A stretch of 64,000 nt of DNA from an uncultured Gammaproteobacteria bacterium (GTDB lineage: Bacteria; Pseudomonadota; Gammaproteobacteria; Steroidobacterales; Steroidobacteraceae). The notes beneath the pieces are model-generated. The model had not been told where the DNA came from. It ran no database searches and saw only the letters and a program-made list of their open reading frames with translations. The DNA is taken from the NCBI GenBank assembly GCA_963734735.1, contig CAVTIE010000003.1:42650-106649 (forward strand), read 5' to 3'. The translations under genes were made by a program, and so were the position numbers. This document shows positions 18,437 to 26,905 of the stretch, piece by piece. Every line of letters starts with the position of its first letter. The stretch's first letter is position 1.

Positions 18437-19684
18437 CTACCAAACCGGATTGAAGGGGACGTCACTTAAAGGGGACGTCCCTTTACCTTCGAGCCTCGGC
18501 TGAAGGTGAGCGTCCCCTTCAATCCCCTTTATCCGCAGCCGCGCATGTTCCTGGAACGCGTAGCGATCCGTCATGCCGGCGATGTAGTCGGCGACGGCGC
18601 GGGCGCGGCCCGCCCGGCCTGCGTCGGACTCGAGCGCGATCGCCGCGTCGCGGTGCTCGCCCGGCATTCGGGATACTTCCCGCATGAAGGCCTCGAACAG
18701 CTCCTCGAGGACCTTGCCCGCGCCCATGCGCGACGCCTGCATGCGCTCGTGCCGGTACAGCCGCGTGCGCAGGAACTTCTTGATCTGGTGGTGCTCACGT
18801 TCCCTCGCCTCCGAGAACCCGACCAGCGGCCCCGGATGCGCGCGCACGGCGTCGATGTCGGCCGGCTTCGCGGCGGCGAGGCGGCGCGCGGTTTCCTCGA
18901 TCAGGTCGCTCACGACCTCGTGGATCATGCGCCGGATGATCTCGTGGATCATGCGGCGCCCGGGCAGCTCGCCGTAGCGCGCGAGGACGGCGTCGTGCTG
19001 GCGCGCGAACAGCCCCACGCCCCGAAGGTCCTCGATGCCGACGAGGCCCGAGCGCAGGCCATCGTCCACGTCGTGGTGGTTGTAGGCCACCGCGTCCGCG
19101 AGGTCCGCGATCTGCGCCTCGAGCCCGGGCTGCGTCCGCTCGATGAAGCGGCGGCCGAGCTCGCCGAGCTGGCGCGCATTCGCGAGCGAGCAGTGCTTCA
19201 GGATGCCCTCGCGGGTCTCGAAGCTGAGGTTGAGCCCGCGAAAATCCGCGTACCGCTCCTCGAGCTCGTCCACCACCCGCAGCGACTGCAGGTTGTGCTC
19301 GAATCCGCCGTATTCGCGCATGCAGTCGTTCAGCACGTCCTGGCCCGCGTGGCCGAAGGGCGTGTGGCCGAGGTCGTGCGCGAGGCAGATCGCCTCGGTC
19401 AGCGGCTCGGAGAGCGCGAGCGCGTTCGCGACCGAGCGGCCGATCTGGGCGACCTCGATCGAATGCGTGAGCCGAGTGCGGTACATGTCGCCTTCGTGGT
19501 TGATGAACACCTGGGTCTTGTAGACCAGGCGCCGGAAGGCATTCGAATGGATGACGCGGTCGCGGTCACGCTGGAATTCGCCGCGATAGTCCGCGGGCGG
19601 CTCGGGATGGCGGCGGCCGCGCGACCGCGATTCGAGCGCTGCATAGGGCGCGAGCCCGGCGTCCGGATCGCGGCCCTTCCTCAT
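18437..19684 (-). CDS. dgt: dGTPase-like deoxynucleoside triphosphate triphosphohydrolase (HD domain)
   Basis: RDRDRVIHSNAFRRL..KTQVF...RLTHSIEVAQI...HDLGHTPFGH. The last ~30 codons are REP-encoded. Confidence 0.85.
   Translation of the reverse strand: MRKGRDPDAGLAPYAALESRSRGRRHPEPPADYRGEFQRDRDRVIHSNAFRRLVYKTQVFINHEGDMYRTRLTHSIEVAQIGRSVANALALSEPLTEAICLAHDLGHTPFGHAGQDVLNDCMREYGGFEHNLQSLRVVDELEERYADFRGLNLSFETREGILKHCSLANARQLGELGRRFIERTQPGLEAQIADLADAVAYNHHDVDDGLRSGLVGIEDLRGVGLFARQHDAVLARYGELPGRRMIHEIIRRMIHEVVSDLIEETARRLAAAKPADIDAVRAHPGPLVGFSEAREREHHQIKKFLRTRLYRHERMQASRMGAGKVLEELFEAFMREVSRMPGEHRDAAIALESDAGRAGRARAVADYIAGMTDRYAFQEHARLRIKGIEGDAHLQPRLEGKGTSPLSDVPFNPVW
18449..18523. repeat. REP-like palindromic element
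   Basis: attgaaggggacgtcac ... taaaggggacgtcccttta ... tgaaggtgagcgtccccttcaat. The outer arms pair with one indel. Confidence 0.85.
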
Positions 19685-20760
19685 GCGCCGGCCCGCTCTT
19701 CCAGCAGCGATTCGAGCGCGTCGCGCGGGTAGTCGGAGGTGACGGTCGCCTTGCCGATGCCGTCGAGCAGCACGAGCCTCTGCTCCCCGCCCTTCACTTT
19801 CTTGTCCATGCCCATGAGGTCGAGCATGCGCGCGCGCCCGAGCCGCGGCGGGTCGACCGGCAGGCCCGCCGACAGGAGCAGCTCGCGCACGCGGGTCGCC
19901 TCGCTGCCTGCAAGCCGCCCGGTGCGCGCGGAGAGCTCGGCCGCGAGCACGAGGCCTGCCGCGACCGCCTCGCCGTGCAGCACCTCGCCGTAGCCGGCGC
20001 CGGCCTCGATCGCGTGGCCGAAAGTGTGGCCGAGGTTCAGCAGCGCCCGGCGGCCCAGCTCGCGCTCGTCGTCGGCGACGATCGCGGCCTTGATCGCGCA
20101 GGCGCGCAGGATGGCCTCTTCGAGCGCGGCCGCGTCGTGCGCGAGCAGGCGCGCGGCATTTTCCTCCAGCCAGGCGAAGAATTCCGCGTCGGCGACGAGC
20201 GCGGCCTTGACGATCTCGGTGAAGCCCGCGCGAAGCTGGCGGTCCGGCAGCGTCGAGAGCGTCTCCGTATCCGTGATCACGGCGGATGGCTGGTGGAACG
20301 CGCCGATCAGGTTCTTTCCGCCCGGATGATTGACGCCGGTCTTGCCGCCGACGGAAGAGTCGACCTGCGCGAGCAGCGTCGTCGGCAGCTGCACGATCGG
20401 GATGCCGCGCTGGTACGACGCCGCCGCAAATCCCGCGATGTCGCCGACGACGCCGCCGCCGAGCGCCAGCACCATGCTGTCGCGGTTGAGGCGCGCCGCG
20501 ACGAGCGCGTCGATGATGAGGGCGACGTTGCCGAGCGTCTTCTGCTCCTCGCCGCCCGGCAGCACGCAGATCTCGTATCCGCGCCCGGCGAGGCCCTGCT
20601 CCAGCTTCGGCATCCAGAGGGGGCCGACGACGTCGTCGGTCACGACGAGGAGCTTCGCAGCGCCCGCATGCTCGGCCAGGACCGCGGCCGAGCCGAGCAG
20701 TCCCGGCCCCATCAGGATCGGATAGGAGCGCTTGCCGAGCCTGACCTCGAGCCGCTTCAT
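19681..20760 (-). CDS. aroB: 3-dehydroquinate synthase
   Basis: 359 aa, GGGVVGDIAGFAAASYQRGIPIVQLPTTLLAQVDSSVGGKTGVN. Confidence 0.95.
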   Translation of the reverse strand: MKRLEVRLGKRSYPILMGPGLLGSAAVLAEHAGAAKLLVVTDDVVGPLWMPKLEQGLAGRGYEICVLPGGEEQKTLGNVALIIDALVAARLNRDSMVLALGGGVVGDIAGFAAASYQRGIPIVQLPTTLLAQVDSSVGGKTGVNHPGGKNLIGAFHQPSAVITDTETLSTLPDRQLRAGFTEIVKAALVADAEFFAWLEENAARLLAHDAAALEEAILRACAIKAAIVADDERELGRRALLNLGHTFGHAIEAGAGYGEVLHGEAVAAGLVLAAELSARTGRLAGSEATRVRELLLSAGLPVDPPRLGRARMLDLMGMDKKVKGGEQRLVLLDGIGKATVTSDYPRDALESLLEERAGA

Positions 20761-21275
20761 GCCTCCCGCTCCTGCAGCGCCCGTGCGATGTCGCCGGCGA
20801 CGGCCGCCGGCGCGCGTCCGTCGGTCCGGATGGTAATCGAGGAGATCGATCGGTAGAGCGGGTCGCGCGTGCCGGCGAGCTCCACGAGCTTTGCGCGGCG
20901 ATCGCCGCCGGCGAGCAGCGGCCGGTGCTTGCTCCGGCGCGTGCGCTGGAGCTGCTGGTCGATGGTCGTGTCGAGGAAGACTACGGTTCCCCGCGCCGAG
21001 AGCCGCTCCCTGTTGACCGCGAGCAGGATCGCGCCGCCGCCCGTCGCGAGCACGATGCCCGGCGTCTGCGTCAGCGCGTCGATCACTTCACGCTCCCGGA
21101 TCCGGAATCCCTCCTCTCCCTCGCGCTCGAAGATGTACGCGATGTCGACGCCGGTGCGCGACTCCACCTCGGTATCGCTGTCCGCGAACGGCAGGCCGAG
21201 GCGCCGGGCCAGCGCCCGCCCGACCGCGGTCTTGCCGGAACCCATGGGACCAATGAGGAACACGCTACGTTTCAT
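20757..21275 (-). CDS. aroK: Shikimate kinase
   Basis: FLIGPMGSGKTAVGR P-loop; follows pilQ as in many Proteobacteria. Confidence 0.95.
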   Translation of the reverse strand: MKRSVFLIGPMGSGKTAVGRALARRLGLPFADSDTEVESRTGVDIAYIFEREGEEGFRIREREVIDALTQTPGIVLATGGGAILLAVNRERLSARGTVVFLDTTIDQQLQRTRRSKHRPLLAGGDRRAKLVELAGTRDPLYRSISSITIRTDGRAPAAVAGDIARALQEREA

Positions 21276-21283
21276 CGGCGGAT

Positions 21284-21410
21284 GAGGGGACTGTCACCAG
21301 GGGACTGTCCCCTTTGGCACCGCGACATTAACGCGACGGCCAACATTACGCCAAAGGGGACTGTCCCCTCCTGAATTGCCGCCACCCCTCGAAGGTGAGC
21401 GTCCCCTTCA
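21284..21410. repeat. Composite REP-like cluster (three core copies)
   Basis: gaggggactgtcacc, aggggactgtcccctttgg ... ccaaaggggactgtcccct (inverted pair), and gaaggtgagcgtccccttc. Confidence 0.8.
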
Positions 21411-21438
21411 AAAAAAACGGCCGCCCGGAGGCGGCCGT
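21410..21438 (-). terminator. Rho-independent terminator downstream of pilQ
   Basis: On the minus strand: stem ACGGCCGCC, loop TCCG, stem GGCGGCCGT, followed by T8 (A-run at 21410-21417 on plus). Confidence 0.75.
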
Positions 21439-21458
21439 GTGATCTTGCCTGGAACCGG

Positions 21459-23624
21459 TCACTCGACCTGCGAGCCCTCGCGCAGGATCTTCGGCGTGAC
21501 GAAGATCAGGAGCTCGTCGCGGTTGTTGATCCGGCTCTTGGTCTTGAACAGGTTCCCCACCACCGGCACGTCGCCGAGGCCCGGGACTTTCTTGACTGAG
21601 TCGCGGCGCTCCGTCTCCATGATGCCGCCCAGCACGACCGTCTGGCCGTCCTTGACGAGCACCTGGGTCTGGATGTTGCGCGTGTCGATCGAGGGCACGA
21701 AGCCGCCGGTCGCGCTCGGCACCAGCTGGCCGACGCTGTCCTTCGTGACCGTGAGGTCGAGGATCACGCGGTCGTCCGGCGTGATCTGCGGCGTCACCTT
21801 GAGCGACAGCACCGCCTTCTTGAACTGCGTGGTCGTCGCGCCGGACGAGGCCGATTCCTGGTACGGAATCTCGACGCCCTGCTCGATGATCGCCTCACGC
21901 TGGTTCGCCGTGATGACGCGCGGGGTCGACTTGATCTCGCCGCGGCCTTCGCTCTGCGCCGCCGACAGCTCGAGGTCGATCAGGAAGTCGTCGAAATCGA
22001 GGATCGACAGCGCGATGCGGCCCGCCGGGTTCGCGACCGGCATGTTGACGTTGTAGCGGTCGAAGTTGCCGAAGGGCACTTCCACCGGGAACGGCTGGCC
22101 GGTGCCGGCGAGGTTGTCGAGCGCGGAGCCCATGATCGTGTCGGTCGACTGCGAGCTGCCGCTGACCGCCATCAGGTCGCTGATGTCGTCGGACACCCGC
22201 GTGAACCCGGCGCGCACGCCGAGGTCGCGGCTGAAGTCGTCGGCCACGATCACGATGCGCGACTCGATCAGCACCTGGCGGACCGGGATATCGAGCGTCG
22301 CGACCATCGAGCGGATCGCCGTGAGGGCGTCCGCCGTGTCCTGGACGAGCAGCGTGTTGGTGCGCTCGTCGACCGTCACGTTGCCGCGGTCGGAGAGCAG
22401 CGAGCCGCCGCCGGTCGACTTCACGAGGCGCGCGATCTCGGACGCCTTGGCGTAGTTGACCGTCAGGAACTCGGTGCGCAGCGGCGCCAGCTCCCGCATG
22501 TCCTTCTGTGCCTCGAGCTCCGCCTTTTCCTGCGCGGCGAGCTCGGCCTGCGGCGCGACCAGGATCACGTTGTCCTTGCGGCGCATGTCGAGGCCCTTGG
22601 TCCGGAGCACGATGTCGAGCGCCTGGTCCCAGGGGACGTTCTGCAGCCGCAGCGTCACGCGGCCCTTGACCGTGTCGGACACCACGATGTTCTGTCCGCT
22701 GGTGTCAGCCAGGAGCTGCAGCAGCGGGCGCACGTCGATGTCCTGGAAATTGAGCGTCAGGCGCTCGCCCGTGAAGACTTTTTCCTTCTCGGTGACCGCG
22801 GCCGTCGCGCGCTGGCGCTGCCGGACTTCGATCACGTACTGGTTGTCGGTCTGGTAGGCGAACTGCTCGAAGTCGCCCGTCGCCGTCACGATGATCCGCG
22901 CGTTGTCGCCGACGCGCACCGCGTCGAACATCGTCACGGGCGTCGCGAAGTCCACGACGTCGAAGCGCTTCATGAGGTCTTCGTTGAGCGCGACGCCGGT
23001 GAAATCGACGAGCACGCGGTTGCCTTCCTGCCGGAGGCTCGCGGGCGTCGACGGATCCGAGAGCTGGACCACGACGCGGCCGGCGCCCTCCGGCGAACGC
23101 CTGAAATCAACGCCGGTGATGCTGCGCGGGCCGGCCGATGACGCGACCGAGGCAGGGGCCGCGGCCGTGGCGGCCTGCGGTGCGCCGGCGGCGGCGGCAC
23201 CGAGCGTGACGAGGACGCTGTCGCCTTCGGCGACCGCCGTGTAGGGAACGAGGGCGTCGAGGTTGAACACGACGCGCGTGCGGCCCGTGGCCTCCGCGGC
23301 GACGATCGTGTCCACGCCGCCCGCACCGACGTCGATGCGCCGGTTCTCGAGGGCGAGCCCGACGTCAGGCAGGTCGACCGACAGCCGCGCCGGGCTGTCG
23401 ATCGTGAATGTCAGCGGCTGCGGCGCGACGCCGTCGGTGCGCAGCCTGACCTGCAGGGTGGAACCCTGCATCTGCTGCACCTCGACCGCGGTCAGCCGCG
23501 CGCCCTGGGCCAGCGCGAGCTGGGACCACGCAATGGCCAGGATGACCAATGCGCCGCCCATGAGCCACTCCGTGGCGCGCGCTGCGTTCGTTTTCCACAC
23601 CGTTGTCCGGTTGTTGCCAGCCAT
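21459..23624 (-). CDS. pilQ: Type IV pilus secretin
   Basis: 721 aa, AMIN-like N-terminal repeats, secretin C-terminus ...VPGLGDVPVVGNLFK...ELLIFVTPKI. Confidence 0.95.
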   Translation of the reverse strand: MAGNNRTTVWKTNAARATEWLMGGALVILAIAWSQLALAQGARLTAVEVQQMQGSTLQVRLRTDGVAPQPLTFTIDSPARLSVDLPDVGLALENRRIDVGAGGVDTIVAAEATGRTRVVFNLDALVPYTAVAEGDSVLVTLGAAAAGAPQAATAAAPASVASSAGPRSITGVDFRRSPEGAGRVVVQLSDPSTPASLRQEGNRVLVDFTGVALNEDLMKRFDVVDFATPVTMFDAVRVGDNARIIVTATGDFEQFAYQTDNQYVIEVRQRQRATAAVTEKEKVFTGERLTLNFQDIDVRPLLQLLADTSGQNIVVSDTVKGRVTLRLQNVPWDQALDIVLRTKGLDMRRKDNVILVAPQAELAAQEKAELEAQKDMRELAPLRTEFLTVNYAKASEIARLVKSTGGGSLLSDRGNVTVDERTNTLLVQDTADALTAIRSMVATLDIPVRQVLIESRIVIVADDFSRDLGVRAGFTRVSDDISDLMAVSGSSQSTDTIMGSALDNLAGTGQPFPVEVPFGNFDRYNVNMPVANPAGRIALSILDFDDFLIDLELSAAQSEGRGEIKSTPRVITANQREAIIEQGVEIPYQESASSGATTTQFKKAVLSLKVTPQITPDDRVILDLTVTKDSVGQLVPSATGGFVPSIDTRNIQTQVLVKDGQTVVLGGIMETERRDSVKKVPGLGDVPVVGNLFKTKSRINNRDELLIFVTPKILREGSQVE

Positions 23625-23642
23625 CAGACTTTCTCCCAGAAA

Positions 23643-24158
23643 TCAGTCAGCAAGGGCCAGCGCCGCAGGGCGCTCGAGGTAGCCGCCAAGTCCATCAGGA
23701 ACAATCTCTATTACTGTTATCCGTGCGTCGCTGACGGACATCACGCGGCCATCGTTCTGGCCCAGGTGATTGCCCGGCAGCACGCGGTGAATCAAGCCGT
23801 CCTTCGTCTGGACCAGGCCGTAGTTCCCGGCGCCGAACTTGAGCGTACCGACCATCTTCAGCGTATCGAGCGGGAACTGTTCGAGGTATTCGCGCGGGCG
23901 CTGCACGTCCGGCCGCGGCCCGGTCGGGTTCTCCCCGGCCAGGCTCTGCAGGAACGGCGAGCGGCGATCCGCCATCTGGTACTCGTGGCTGACATAAGGC
24001 CGGACTTCCGGCAGCGGCTGGATGCGCCCGCCCGGCCGCTGCTTGGCGGCTTCGATCTCGCCCTTCAGGCCGTCGAGGCCATCGGAACATCCGGCAAGCG
24101 CGAGCGCGCAGGCGATGCCTGCCGCAGTGACGATCCTGCGCATGCGTTCGTGGCTCAT
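23643..24158 (-). CDS. pilP: Type IV pilus assembly lipoprotein
   Basis: Lipobox LALAGC, position between pilO and pilQ, conserved C-terminal beta domain. Confidence 0.9.
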   Translation of the reverse strand: MSHERMRRIVTAAGIACALALAGCSDGLDGLKGEIEAAKQRPGGRIQPLPEVRPYVSHEYQMADRRSPFLQSLAGENPTGPRPDVQRPREYLEQFPLDTLKMVGTLKFGAGNYGLVQTKDGLIHRVLPGNHLGQNDGRVMSVSDARITVIEIVPDGLGGYLERPAALALAD

Positions 24159-24889
24159 GTGCTCTTTTCCTTTTCCCGCTCGCGCCGCGACTTTGTGCCC
24201 TTCTTTTCCTTCTTGCCTTTCTTGCCCTTCGCGTCCTCCTCGACGGCCGCCGGCGCGGTCTCGTCCTCATCGAGGTAGCGATAGGTCTTCGCGGTCAGGT
24301 TGAGCGTCAACTCGTCGGTCGGCGGCGGAGCGCCGCCGCGGCGCGCCTTCGTCCGCGTGTTGCCACGCGTGATTTCGAGGTCGTGCAGGGTGACGATGCG
24401 CGGCAGCGCCGCGATGCCCGACACGAACTGGCCGAACTCGTGGAAGCCGCCGGTGAGCTGGATCTTGATCGGCAGCTCGGCATAAAAGTCCATCTTGGTC
24501 TCGGCGCCGGGCTGGAACAGCCGTTCCTGGAGGCCCGCGGCGAGCCCGGTCTGCGAGATGTCGACGAGCAGCGAAGGCACCTCGGTCTTGCCCGGGAGCT
24601 GCCTCAGCATCGCGCCGAAGGTACGCTCGATCTCCGCGAGCTGCTGGCGATAGGCCTCGAGGTTTGCCGCCTTGCGCTGCTTCTGGTCGAAGGTGTTCCA
24701 CAGGGACTGCTGTTCGGCGCGGGCCGCGAGCAGTTGCGGGCGATTGCCGTTCTCGCTCCACACGAAGTACCAGACCAGGCCGACCGTCGTGAAGACGAGC
24801 ACGAGCAGGACGCCGAGCGCGCGGAACAGGAACGGCCAGCGACCGATATCCTTGAAGTCGAGCTGGCGAAGCTGGTCGAAGAATTTCAT
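24155..24889 (-). CDS. pilO: Type IV pilus assembly protein PilO, with an unusual ~45-aa charged C-terminal tail
   Basis: N-terminus MKFFDQLRQLDFKDIGRWP, one TM helix, coiled coil. The tail is DEDETAPAAVEEDAKGKKGKKEKKGTKSRREREKEKST. Confidence 0.9.
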   Translation of the reverse strand: MKFFDQLRQLDFKDIGRWPFLFRALGVLLVLVFTTVGLVWYFVWSENGNRPQLLAARAEQQSLWNTFDQKQRKAANLEAYRQQLAEIERTFGAMLRQLPGKTEVPSLLVDISQTGLAAGLQERLFQPGAETKMDFYAELPIKIQLTGGFHEFGQFVSGIAALPRIVTLHDLEITRGNTRTKARRGGAPPPTDELTLNLTAKTYRYLDEDETAPAAVEEDAKGKKGKKEKKGTKSRREREKEKST

Positions 24890-25482
24890 TGACGTGCCTC
24901 CGAAACGCGCGCCTCGCGTTTCTCGGGCGCCGCTTCCCCGGCGGCCGGCTGGCGCTGGGAGGCGAACAGCGTGAACTGCGCGCCTGGGCCCGCGTCCTTG
25001 CCCGTCTGGATGACCTTGAGCTCAGGCGCCGACAGCGACTCGGAGGCGTCGATGTTGCGCATGAACGCCGAAACGCGCGTGCTCGACTGGGCGACGCCGT
25101 TGAACTCGATCTTCTTGCCGCTCTGCTTGACCGAGGTCAGGTAAACGCCCTCGGGCAGCGTCGAGACCATCTGGTCGAAGAGCTTCACGACTTCCGGCCG
25201 GCTGGCCTGGAGCGTGTCGATGACCTGCATGCGCGAGATCATTCGCTCCTTCTGGTCCTCGAGCGCGAGGATCTGCTCGATCGCCTTGTCGAGCTCCGCG
25301 ATCTCCGCCTTCAGGAGGTCGTTGCGTCGATTCTGCGAATCGATCATCGAGCTCACGGTCAGGTGGGTGAGCAGCGTGATCAGCGCGGCGATTCCAATCG
25401 CCGCCCCGATCCCGATGAGGAATTCTTTCCGCCGCCGCTGGCGGAGTGCTTGCCGCCAGGGAAGTAGGTTAATACTTGGCAT
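24886..25482 (-). CDS. pilN: Type IV pilus assembly protein PilN
   Basis: MPSINLLPWRQ start motif (ATG at 25482), TM helix, overlaps the pilM end. Confidence 0.9.
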   Translation of the reverse strand: MPSINLLPWRQALRQRRRKEFLIGIGAAIGIAALITLLTHLTVSSMIDSQNRRNDLLKAEIAELDKAIEQILALEDQKERMISRMQVIDTLQASRPEVVKLFDQMVSTLPEGVYLTSVKQSGKKIEFNGVAQSSTRVSAFMRNIDASESLSAPELKVIQTGKDAGPGAQFTLFASQRQPAAGEAAPEKREARVSEARQ

Positions 25483-26563
25483 CTTCGTCGAAACTCCGCA
25501 GTGCCAGGCCGCAGGCAAGCAACAGGGCCGTTGCGTCCCGCGTCACTCCCAATGCCTTGGCTTTCGATGAAATCTTCATCTGGCCGAGCGGGTCGCCGCG
25601 CTCCGCCGGAATCCCCACGCGGCTCGCGATCACGTCCGCGACGCCGGGTATGTTGGCGCAGCCGCCGCAGATCAGGATCTGCTCCGGCTGGCTGCGGCCG
25701 CTGCCCGACGCCAGGTAGAACTGGAGCGAGCGGCTGACCTGCTGGGTCATGTCGTCGATGAACGGGTCGAGCACCTCGGGCTGGTAGTTCGAGGGCAGGC
25801 CGCCTTCCTTCTTGGCGCGGCCGGCCTCCTCCATCGAGAGGCCGTAGGTGCGCATGATCTCCTCGGTCAGCTGCTGGCCGCCGAAGGCGAAGTCGCGCGT
25901 GTACACGACGACGAGGTTGCGCAGCACGCTGAAGGTCGTCGTGCTCGCGCCGAAGTCCACGACGGCGATCGTGCGGTCGATGCCGCCGTCGGGCATCTGG
26001 TGGGTCAGGAGCCGGCAGGCGTTCTCGAGCGCGAAGGCCTCGACGTCCACGAGCTTCGCGACGAGGCCCGAGGCGTTCACGGCGGCAACCCGCTGCTCGA
26101 CGTTCTCCGAACGCGAGGCGACGAGCAGTACGTCGCGCATGTCCGGGTCCTTCTCGGAAGGCCCGAGCACCTGGAAGTCGTAGCTCACCTCTTCCATCGG
26201 GAAGGGGATGTACTGGTCGGCCTGCATCTCGATCTGCTGCTCGAGGTCGGCGTCCGACAGGTTCCGCGGCATCTGCACGGCCTTCGTGATGGCCGCGTCG
26301 CCGGAAATCGCGACTGCGCATTCCTTGGAGCGGACACCCGAGCGCTTGACCGCCCGGCGAATGGCGTCGCCGACCGCCGCGGCGTCGACGATGGCCTTTT
26401 CGTTGATGGCGTTGTGGGGGGTCGGCTCGGCCGCGTAGGCCTCGACCCGGTACTGGCCACCCGAGAATGCGAGCTCAATCAGCTTGATCGAGGACGTCGT
26501 GATGTCCAGGCCGATGAGCGGCGAGTAGCGCGGTCCCAGCGAAATCTTAGGCAGCTTGAGCAC
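25469..26563 (-). CDS. pilM: Type IV pilus assembly ATPase-like protein PilM
   Basis: 364 aa, actin-like fold, IGLDITTSSIKLIEL. Divergent from mrcA. Confidence 0.95.
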   Translation of the reverse strand: MLKLPKISLGPRYSPLIGLDITTSSIKLIELAFSGGQYRVEAYAAEPTPHNAINEKAIVDAAAVGDAIRRAVKRSGVRSKECAVAISGDAAITKAVQMPRNLSDADLEQQIEMQADQYIPFPMEEVSYDFQVLGPSEKDPDMRDVLLVASRSENVEQRVAAVNASGLVAKLVDVEAFALENACRLLTHQMPDGGIDRTIAVVDFGASTTTFSVLRNLVVVYTRDFAFGGQQLTEEIMRTYGLSMEEAGRAKKEGGLPSNYQPEVLDPFIDDMTQQVSRSLQFYLASGSGRSQPEQILICGGCANIPGVADVIASRVGIPAERGDPLGQMKISSKAKALGVTRDATALLLACGLALRSFDEDAKY

Positions 26564-26905
26564 AGAACTTTCCTTTACAGGTCAGGCTATTACGCGGCCA
26601 ATCGCTATTCTGGGTCAAGTTAGCGGCCAACTATATAGCAAGCAACTGTTAAATTGAACGTGACCCGACTCGCAATTCACTCGCATTCAGACCCTTACTC
26701 CAGAGTCCACGGGCCCAGCCGGGGGGTACTCCCCCGGCCCTGACCGTTGGTTCCAGCGACTTTCGCGCCCACGGGCCTCCGGTGCCGGATCCGCGGTCGA
26801 TGCTGCACGCGAATCGGGAGCGCGACCGTGTCTGGCGTCACGGTCCCGGCGTCTCCGGGCTGCGACCCCGCCCCCGGCAGTACCCGGCATTACTATGCAT
26901 AATCG

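Noticed and set aside
26711-26745. GC hairpin (gccgggggg-tact-cccccggc) in the pilM/mrcA divergent intergenic region as a regulatory RNA or terminator
   Set aside because: It is short, has no flanking T-run, and lies between two divergent promoters where a terminator makes no sense. It is not repeated elsewhere, and there is insufficient evidence for function.
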